From positions 2,170,001-2,234,000 of the forward strand of contig OZ251233.1 of NCBI GenBank assembly GCA_965240325.2: DNA of 64,000 bases, given 5' to 3'. Made by a program: the position numbers and the translations under genes. The notes below the pieces were generated by a model that saw only the letters and a program-made list of their open reading frames with translations, did no database searches and was not told the DNA's origin. This DNA comes from Rebecca billardiae RCC1528 (lineage: Eukaryota > Protista > Haptophyta). Positions 55,507 to 64,000 of the stretch are shown here, in pieces (within the stretch, counting starts at the first letter, position 1; each line of letters opens with the position of its first letter).

Positions 55507-57895
55507 TAGGGGGTCCATGACAGCAGCCCATTGATTTGTGATTTTCGACAACCATGCGATTTAGGTGTCTGACGAGCGTGGCGCTTGCGGAGTCACTTAC
55601 AAATATGTCCCAGAGCCCAGCCCAGCCGTTGGAAGCACTCAAAACCGACTCCGCGCGCCGTCGCGCGGTCGTGCGCGCACGCCAGCTGCGCCACTGTGTC
55701 ACATACAGATTCAGCCAAACGTCAAGGACTTGTTATGGCGGCTAAATGACGGTATGTCGTCGGACTTACTTATTCATAACCGTTGCAACCCGCCCCAACA
55801 AAATTAAGGTGGAATTGCTAAATTTTAGTAGGCATGATGAGTGCGCGTAGCGGTCGGTGAAAAACTACTCCAAGATCGAGCATTTTACCCATTTAATTAG
55901 AGATCCCCTACCCACACATACGCATAGACTTACCCGTTTATATATAATACGGGTGCACTCTCTTATATATATTCATATTGGTGCCTATATGTGGGTACCG
56001 TGTTCAATACTGAGACTGGGTCATCCGAATAGGCGGCCGCCGCCGCGGAGCAGTCACTGCCGCTGCTCATGCCACTCGAACAGTGCCGCAGCAGGCCCGC
56101 ACGGGCCTGATGCGGGCGGCGGGCTGCGTGCCGAGGCACACTAGCAAGACCACCTCTGAGCATGCCACCATCCCAACACTCGCAGGAGAGCCCTCCGGCT
56201 CCGCCGTCGAGGCTTGCGTGCGCAGACTGGCAGTCGATTGCCGCCGCCAAGCTTGCCGCGGTCCGTTCGGCGACTTCCAAGCCCGTACTCTGTGTCACCG
56301 GCATCGTCGCCGTTCGTCGTACCCCGGCCCACGCGAGGCTGCCACCGGTTCACCACTACTGCGACGGACTGCGCGCGCTTCGCCACGCGCTCGCCCCGAA
56401 GCTCCGCCGCTCTCCTCTCGCGCTTGAGCTCGGCGCCGTCGGCAGCCATGGCCGCCCGCTCGGCCGCAGCGCGATCTGTGCCACAGCACGCGCTGCGCTC
56501 GGCTTCGTCGGCGCGCAAGCTGGCGCGCGCAGCGTCGGCGACGGCGCGCGCGGTCGCCTTGCGCGACGAGTCCAGCTCCACCTGCTGCTCCGAGATGATC
56601 GCGTGCTCAGCAGGAGTCACGCGCTGCTCGTGCAGCGGCACCGTCACGCGGCCTGATGCGGAAATGCGCGGCGCGTCAGCGTCGGGGTGCGAGTCGAGGT
56701 CGCGGAAGGGGCAGCTGACGTGGGCGGCGCCCAGCAACTGGTCGTCGGTGTCCAGCTCCGCCAACCTCTCCGCCGCCGACGCGCCCAGCTTCCGGCTCAG
56801 GATGCGCTCCACGTCCTGGCGCTTGCCCTTCGACCACCTGTGCACGGTCATCAGCCAGTTGCCGATCATCTCGAGCCGCGGCGAGTCGTGGCGCGCCGAG
56901 ATGCCGTGCACGTCCGCGCAGGCGTGCGCGACCTTCTTGGGCTTCCTCATCCCACCGTCGCCCGCGGTCTGGGCGTACGCCGCGGTGAACACTCTGACCA
57001 ACTGCTTGCGCTTCCTCAAGTTCTTCTTGAGCATGAGGTCCACGAGCGTGCGGAGGAGGTCGAGGAGCACGAAGTTGAGCACCGATGCGTACCGCGGGTG
57101 CGTGCCGGCCACGAAGCGGCAGCCAAAAGTGTGCATCACGTGAATGGCGCGCGCCGCCGCCGCCGTCTCCTCGACCTGCTCCACGCGGACGTTGATGTCT
57201 GGCGGCAGCTCGAGCCTTGACTGCTGCACGCCATCGTGGCCGTCCGCGGAGGAGGTGAGCCCCTCTGCGGTGCTGGCGGGGACCTCGGGCGGGTCGCACA
57301 TGTCCATGGACACGCGCACATCATCATCCGCCACGCCCTGGACCTCGTCATGCCCGGCGCGGCGGCCCGCAAGTTGGTCGGCGTCGAGCGCTCCTTGCGG
57401 CCGAGGCGTCGGGGGAGAGTCTGAGCACGAGAGCGCGGTGTCGGGTGAGCGAGAAGGCTGCGTCGAGTCGTTGTCGATGTCCACCCCACCGCGTAGGTCA
57501 TGTTCGTCTCCGCGTAGGTCGCCAGCACGTGCTGCTAGGACTCGCTCCTTGGTCGCGAGCAGCACACGTTGAGCACGCAGATGCAAATTATGAAGCACGA
57601 GCTTCGGTTGAACCACGACTCCCAGCGAGAGCCCGGTCCGCACGAGTCATGGCTACCCGTCCGCAGCCGCCCAGCCGCTTGACGAGGCGCCTGCACCGAG
57701 GTGGGTGCGCCCAATGGCGAGCGGACGGCCGTCGATGAGGGCCATCAGCCTCGCCGACCCCGTTCAGAGCTCCGCTCCCGCGCCGGGGCCAGCCGAGCGC
57801 GGATTTGGAATCTGCCGATCGCGAAAACCCGCCGAACAAGTTCTGAATGGAAAAGAAAAAAAATCAAAACTCAATTTAATCTGATGGACCCCCTA
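55507..57895. mobile_element. Nested 2.39-kb TIR element with a 7-bp target duplication
   Basis: 12-bp TIR TAGGGGGTCCAT (55507-55518 and 57884-57895); CACTCCA at 55500-55506 and 57896-57902; CpG content switches across the boundaries. Confidence 0.75.
56141..57643 (-). CDS. Element-encoded protein of unknown function (500-aa ORF)
   Basis: Non-low-complexity ORF: acidic disordered N-terminus, basic helical core (LKKNLRKRKQL, MRKPKK, WSKGKR), then an Ala/Arg coiled coil. No DDE motif recognised. Start uncertain (GTG at 57643 or ATG at 57307). Confidence 0.55.
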   Translation of the reverse strand: MRTGLSLGVVVQPKLVLHNLHLRAQRVLLATKERVLAARAGDLRGDEHDLRGGVDIDNDSTQPSRSPDTALSCSDSPPTPRPQGALDADQLAGRRAGHDEVQGVADDDVRVSMDMCDPPEVPASTAEGLTSSADGHDGVQQSRLELPPDINVRVEQVEETAAAARAIHVMHTFGCRFVAGTHPRYASVLNFVLLDLLRTLVDLMLKKNLRKRKQLVRVFTAAYAQTAGDGGMRKPKKVAHACADVHGISARHDSPRLEMIGNWLMTVHRWSKGKRQDVERILSRKLGASAAERLAELDTDDQLLGAAHVSCPFRDLDSHPDADAPRISASGRVTVPLHEQRVTPAEHAIISEQQVELDSSRKATARAVADAARASLRADEAERSACCGTDRAAAERAAMAADGAELKRERRAAELRGERVAKRAQSVAVVVNRWQPRVGRGTTNGDDAGDTEYGLGSRRTDRGKLGGGNRLPVCARKPRRRSRRALLRVLGWWHAQRWSC

Positions 57896-58380
57896 CACTC
57901 CAGCCCCCTCAAGGCGGGTGGCTGACCACCCTCTGGGTGTGTCAGCGGGTGCTGCTGCTGGCCTCCCAGTGCAGGGGAGCTGACCCGACAGGTCCTTGCG
58001 CAGGTGGGGGTGCGGGATTGGGCACTGTGCCACAGCAGCTGCATCCCATGAGCTCCCCCCCAGGTGGCATGCAGCCCACCCTAGGGGGTACCAGATCCAC
58101 TGCCAAGCACAACTTAGGCCTGGTCTGTGTGGGCACACGGCCCGCGACCAGTGACGACAAGCCTGCGGCAGGATCTGGCCAGCTGCGACAGGCTGTACGC
58201 CTGCAGCCGTGTGACCTGCTGGTGTGCCCAACTCCAGCCCACGCGCGCTGGGGCTGACGCGCTGGGTCGAAACCGGCATGCACGGGCCGTGGGGGCCGCC
58301 TGGATCAGCCCAGGGGGGCAGGGTGAGCAGTGGCGTGCAGCTCAGTCAGAATGTGACGTTTAATTGTTGAGACCCCTGTA

Positions 58381-58480
58381 GAGAGAGAGATCTAGTTAGA
58401 GAGCAAGTAGAGAGAGAGAGAGAGAGAGAGAGATCTACAGTAGAGAGAGAGACGAGAGATCGAGAGAGAGAGAGAGAGAG
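58381..58480. repeat. Interrupted (GA)n microsatellite
   Basis: Direct reading. Confidence 0.9.
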
Positions 58481-58687
58481 TCTTCAGTACGGCAATATTG
58501 AAACAGCATTATTATTTGCCGATTACTATCATCAGCATTTAGTTCGTTGACGATATATTATTCTGCTGTTGATGATATTATCACATTAGCAGTGTCATTA
58601 CATACTACTGCTTGCACCGCCGCGCGGTCGCTGGTAGTGTGCGCGGCTAGCGCGCTGCCACCTGTCTGAGTGTGAGTGTCTTTCGAC

Positions 58688-60517
58688 TTACCCAGCACGC
58701 GTGAGCGTCGCTGCTGCAGCCTCGTCATCAGAACGCCACCCATTGGAGGGCGGCAGCAAGGGCCCAAGTGTGGCGCTCCACCGCAGGCCACTTGGCGTGG
58801 CACCGCTGTCGCCCGCCACTGGACTCTTCGCATTCGACGGCGGCACAAGCACGGGAGGTAGTACGCGAGCGACCGCCTCCATTTCGGCGTACGCAAGCTC
58901 GCGCGCGGGGACTCGATCCATGTTGCACGTCGCTTTGGACAGAGTGAAGGAGGGCGGCGCATGCATGCCCGGCCCGCGGCGGAGTGAGGGGGTGGGGACG
59001 GCCTGCCGCGGCGTTGGCGGTGGCGCGGCGAAGTCCCACTCGTACTCGACGGCGCTGCGCACGCCATCGAGCACGGCACTGATGACACGCCACTCCGATG
59101 CTGGCGACTGGCCGAGCACGCGCATAATATGTGCAGACCCAGCACGCGCGATGGCGCCAGCGTGCTCGACGTGCGCCTCGCACCACGCGAGTCGCAGGCC
59201 GAGGTCAGAGAAGTCCGGTGCGACTGGCACGTAGTGCACCCACGGCTGCAGCGAGCCCTCGAGGGCCCACGACTCCTTGGTCGGCGGCGGCATGAGCACG
59301 ACACTCTCAGTGTACAGGGCCCACTTGAGCGCAGTCGCCACGTCGTTGCCCTCGACGATGGGCAGATAGCGGCACTGGACAAGCTCCTGGAGATAGATTC
59401 GCCGCCTGAGATACTTGGCGTGCAGCCCCGGGAATCGCTTGGCGCCCTGGGTGAGCTGGTTATAAGCAACGTCGACGCGTACGCCGCCCGTCGCCGCAGT
59501 GCTTGCATTGTGCCAGCCCTCGACGAGAGAGCGCCGGGGCGCAAATTGCGCGCGTGGCACTCGCCCGAATCCTTCTGGCGGCCCGCTCGTGACGCCACGC
59601 CAGACAGCGCAGCGATTTCGCTGCTCGAAGGGCCGCCGGGCTCTGCTTTCCAGCGCAGCGATCGCCGCCAGCGGGGGCTGGTGGCGGAACGTCTCGAGGG
59701 GGAGCAGCGCAACGCGGCCGGGCTGCGAGAGCGAGCGCGCCTTGCCGATACATGGCACAGCCTCCGCTTCAGTAGAGTCGCCGATCTTCCAGGCCCAGAC
59801 TCGTGGCGGCGACGAACGTGCTGTGATGTTGCCATTGCCGCGTGCGCGCTCGTACCGGTTGAGCATGCACCGCATCTCAGCGCAGTACTGTCGCCACGAG
59901 CCGTCGTGGGTGCACGCCTCGCACTCAGCCACGCTGGCGCTCGTGTGGAAGAGAACGACGTCAGCAACTGCGAGGACGGCACCGGATGGCACTGGCGTGC
60001 CGGGCGCCGGGCGCGTGCCCGCCCGCACGCGGCCGTATGCAGCGTCCGCCAATTCGCCGAGGTACCGGCGCACGCGCCATGACTCGAGCGCGCTGAGCTG
60101 CTGCGCGTCGCCGATAGAGGCGCCTGCCTTCGCGCGTGGCAGCTCAAGCGCGCCGCCGAGGCACGTGGGCCAGACTTGCGTCGAGGGCAGCGATCGCGCC
60201 GGCTGCAGAGGGCACTGCTTGGTGCGCAGCATCGACGTCCGCTTATCGAACTGGATCCAGTCCATCGCAGTGCTGCCAAGTATCGCCTTGCGCATGGGCT
60301 CGGGCCACGCCTGCCACGCTCTCACCGTGCGCCCGCATGAGCGACCGAGAGCTGTGGGCCAACGCGATGGCCAGAGACGGACGCACGCGCTGCCTGCGGA
60401 CGCATCCACCAGCTTGAACGCGCGTTTAATCTCGCGCAGGTCATACCTGCAGTCCCTCCCCAGCGCGTTGCCAAGAGCGAGCAGCAACACGACTGTCGGG
60501 GTACCCGCGGCCACCAT
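58688..60517 (-). CDS. Glycosyltransferase family 90 (CAP10/POGLUT-like)
   Basis: AVWRGVTSG and RYLPIVEGNDVATALKWAL...SVVLM...LQPWVHYVPVAPDFSDL; signal/anchor; ATG at 60517. Confidence 0.88.
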   Translation of the reverse strand: MVAAGTPTVVLLLALGNALGRDCRYDLREIKRAFKLVDASAGSACVRLWPSRWPTALGRSCGRTVRAWQAWPEPMRKAILGSTAMDWIQFDKRTSMLRTKQCPLQPARSLPSTQVWPTCLGGALELPRAKAGASIGDAQQLSALESWRVRRYLGELADAAYGRVRAGTRPAPGTPVPSGAVLAVADVVLFHTSASVAECEACTHDGSWRQYCAEMRCMLNRYERARGNGNITARSSPPRVWAWKIGDSTEAEAVPCIGKARSLSQPGRVALLPLETFRHQPPLAAIAALESRARRPFEQRNRCAVWRGVTSGPPEGFGRVPRAQFAPRRSLVEGWHNASTAATGGVRVDVAYNQLTQGAKRFPGLHAKYLRRRIYLQELVQCRYLPIVEGNDVATALKWALYTESVVLMPPPTKESWALEGSLQPWVHYVPVAPDFSDLGLRLAWCEAHVEHAGAIARAGSAHIMRVLGQSPASEWRVISAVLDGVRSAVEYEWDFAAPPPTPRQAVPTPSLRRGPGMHAPPSFTLSKATCNMDRVPARELAYAEMEAVARVLPPVLVPPSNAKSPVAGDSGATPSGLRWSATLGPLLPPSNGWRSDDEAAAATLTRAG

Positions 60518-60767
60518 CTTGCGCGGGAGTTTGGTGAGTCCACGTGCCAAACTAAGAACGCGTCACGAATTGTGACGAATTACGCGGCACTGGTCATTAC
60601 TTTACCAGTCATCAATCGTTAGATCAGAGAGTCGGTCCGCGCCGGATGCAAGTTCGCGAACGGGCCGTTTGCGAACCGCCACAATCAATATCCCATCATA
60701 GGCCATGGGTAAAGTGTATTGCAACACGGGCAGGCGTCTGCAGAGCCGGCAGTAGTAGGCCCAATGT

Positions 60768-62545
60768 ATGTGGGGGGTGCTGAGCCTCATTGCCGTTCAG
60801 TTCTCGCCGGGCGACGGCCGGTCCAAGGACGGCGGCTCGCTGCTCATTCCGCCGGCCGCATGGCGGCCGTTCCTCGCCGCGGTGGATCGCGATGGCATGC
60901 GGTGGGCCGTCGTCGAGCGCGGCGGAGCGGCGGATGGGGACGATGCGCTCGCCGTGGACGTTGTTGTGCACGACGGGCCGCGGCTCGGCCCGACGGCGCG
61001 CTCCGTCCTCGGGGACACGCAGAAGCGCGCGCTTGAGTGGCGTGCCGTGCACGCGCTGCCTCGTCGCCCGCCCCAATGCAAGCTCTTCGGCCAGATCGCA
61101 GGGGAGCTCGCGGTGCGCGCGCGGCCACGAGGTCGCGGCGCGCCGACGATCGCCCAGTGCACAGACACAGGGTACGGACCGGTGCGCGCGCGGCTGCTGG
61201 ACGGCGCGCCTGAGGCGGGAGGAGCCGCTGTAATTGTGCGGCTGCCCGTGAACGAGTGGGGGCGCGAGCTGCTCTCGGCGCGCAAGTGGTGCACTTTTGC
61301 CTCATGCTTCAAGGCTGACCATCCGCCATGCCAGCGTGCGCGTGCGCTGGGCGCGCCCTTGCCCATCTTCTTCACGGCGCAAGCCGACCGCTTTGTCGTC
61401 GCCGCCACATTCGCGCAGATGGCGCTGCAGCGGGCTGAGCCGAGCGTGACCGTGGTGGCTGATCCGGCCGAGGCATGCGCCTACGTGTACAGCCATCCCC
61501 ACGGGCTGGAAGCAGACGGGTTTGCGTGGGAGCACGTGCCGCCCTGGCGCACGGTTGATGGTGTGGCCGGCCGGAACCATGTGCTGATACAGCCGCAGTG
61601 CATCGCGCACTGCGACCGCATCGCGCCGCCGCGCCCGCTCGGGCCGACGGGCGACGCGGTCATCGTCTCCGCTGCGCACTACCACGGCATGTTCAACCGG
61701 GGGCATGACCTGATGATTGTGAACGGAATTTCATCGGCGGCGCGCGCGCTGCTCAACGGGCGGGGCGCGGCCTCGCGCACAGGGAATGCGACGTCTCCGG
61801 GGGCGGCGGCGGCGCGGCCGCTGCTCTACTCTTTCCGCGGCTCGGTCCTCGGCCGCACGCGTTGGTTCGACGTGCGCGTGCTTGCGTCTGAATTTGCACC
61901 GCACACACCCGATGCTGTTGTCGAGGTGTGGCCCAAGGATGGACGCAGAAGGTTCCAGTGCTTGCTGGCAAGCGCGCGCCATCGGCTCACGACCGAGCGC
62001 GAGTACATCGAGATGCTGCAGCGCTCGGCGTATGCGTTTGCTCCCGGAGGCGGAGGGCCGTACTCATTCCGCTTCCTCGAGGTGGTCGCAGCGGGCGCTG
62101 TGCCAGTCGTGCCAGCCGACCTCATCCTTCCGCACGATGAGCCCCACGCGGCGTCCGAGCGCGTGAGCCGCCTCCACCGTGCGTGGCGCCGGTGCGTCGT
62201 GCGCGTCACCAACACCGACGTGCTCGTGCTACGTGACCTGCTGCTCGCGCTCGGCCCGCCCGGTTCGGCCGAGTATGAAAAGCGGCAGCGCGCTTGCGCA
62301 AGCGCCGTGGAGATCCTCACCGAGCGCGTGCACGGCCGCGACGACAGCGGGCGAGAGGCGACGTTGGCACACCAGCTCGTCGAACGCAACATTGCCAGCC
62401 TCGTCTGGGAAGAACTGCGCGGGCGCGTGCTCACAGCGGCGGCAGCTTCGACGACTGCGACGTCCTCGTCCTTGGGAGGAAATCACAGTCGGCAGACTTT
62501 GCCGTCGTCTACTACGCCTCTGGTACGGGTCACTGGTGATGACGA

Positions 62546-62549
<4 letters not shown>
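60768..62549 (+). CDS. Exostosin-family glycosyltransferase (GT47)
   Basis: VADPAEACAYV, GRNHVLI, LLYSFRG and YIEMLQRSAYAFAPGGGGPYSFRFLEVVAAGAVPV. Confidence 0.88.

Positions 62550-62600
<51 letters not shown>
62550..62600. repeat. (CT)n microsatellite
   Basis: Direct reading; starts immediately after the GT47 stop codon. Confidence 0.95.
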
Positions 62601-62604
<4 letters not shown>

Positions 62605-62878
62605 CTGCTGCTGACCGTCATGAATCGTCGCGTCTCATGAATAAGAGAGAGAGCCTGAGCTAGCAGAGCGCGTCGGAGATGATGTAAATCATGCATATGC
62701 GTAATGAGAATCGGCATGCAGTGATGCGAAGTATAGTATAATAGTGTCTGTATAGTGTATACTATTCCGATACTATATTAATTCGAGCGCGTATTATTAT
62801 TTGCAGCAGCAGCGGTACCGGTGAGCTCAGGCGCCGCCGACGGGCTGGCAGCAGTAGGCGCTGTCATAGGGATCGAGA

Positions 62879-63118
<240 letters not shown>

Positions 63119-63258
63119 GCCGGTTCGTATTCATCAGTATTATTGATAATGAACGCGCCGACTACGACTACGGTACGGCCCTTCAGACCGAGCCTCCCGA
63201 ATCACTCGACGGTCACTGTGGGCCGGTCAGGCAGGAGAGAGCCAGTGCACATGTGATC

Positions 63259-63290
<32 letters not shown>

Positions 63291-64000
63291 GGATCAGAAT
63301 AACGCGACGACAGGATTGCTGTCGTATAATTAAATGACGATACCGCAGCATCATATGCAATTCATGCAGGCATCCGACATCATGATCATCACTCATCAGC
63401 GCAGGAAACCATCACTCAGCGACGCCGGCCCAGACTGCTTAGCTACGCAGTACGCAGCTACGCTGCCTCTTTTATTTGTAGTGCCGAGTCACGCAATGCA
63501 GCGTGAGTCACATCGCCCCCTAGAGCTTCAGTCACAGTCACGGTACCTGCGTCGCCGTGCCGTACAGGGGCTCTATCAGTCGACGCGGCGTCGCTCACAG
63601 CGCAGGCAGGTGTTTGGCGCGGCTGCACTCTCGAGGTGGCTGGGATACGACATCCAGGTGCAGCACCCTCCCCGTGTGGTGTCAGAGCGCGCTCTCGAGC
63701 GCGTGCCTCCGAGCGCGGGGCGGCCGCTTGCTGCAATGGCCGCCTCGATGAGGTGCGGCAAGCAGAAGTGCGAGGCTGATGCCGCCGAGCCCCCACGCCT
63801 GTACACTTACAGTTACTCTGTTTTAACGTGCACACTTGGTTAAGGCGTAGCAGGCGTGTTGAACTAATGACTGCTGTCTGCTGTAGCATGACTTAATTAG
63901 CATCGTCATTACTACCTACTCAGTTCGTCGGAGGCGCCAGCTCGTCTCCCGGCCAGCTGCACAGCCTTGATGAGCGAGCGAGCATCATTCTACTGTCTCT

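Larger units (their letters stand above)
55203..58378. mobile_element. TA-flanked TIR element (Tc1/mariner-type; ~780 bp excluding the nested insert) in a GA repeat
   Basis: Perfect 18-bp TIR CAGGGGTCTCAACAATTA (55203-55220 and 58361-58378), TA on both sides, GAGA runs on both flanks. Confidence 0.9.

Overview
A very GC-rich, compact eukaryotic genome segment. Composition, short GT-AG introns and plastid/thylakoid-type targeting peptides suggest an alga, possibly a Pavlovales-type haptophyte; this is inference only. About 20 host genes are supported: WDR4/TRM82, 5-oxoprolinase, two XK-family membrane proteins, an SNase-Excalibur protein, a degenerate hybrid histidine kinase/receiver, an ARM/IQ-repeat protein, F-box/ankyrin, LRR, PEBP, an FN2-like surface protein, RBM34/NOP12, PDZ-IQ, TPR, patatin, GT90, GT47 and a sulfotransferase-like protein. 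Many form tight head-to-head pairs, separated by AT-richer spacers with microsatellites and diverse mobile elements. The elements include a recent Ty1/Copia insertion with identical LTRs and a TSD but no protease or integrase core, a 1.08-kb foldback element with 399-bp arms and a 7-bp TSD, a CpG-depleted TA-flanked element hosting a nested TIR element with an unrecognised 500-aa ORF, a probable Helitron with a duplicated 3' end, and several MITEs. Four unrelated elements plus a hairpin element sit 60-100 bp upstream of start codons. I found no rRNA, tRNA or CRISPR. Most long ORFs in the track are antisense or GC-skew artefacts. All calls are by eye, without database searches.
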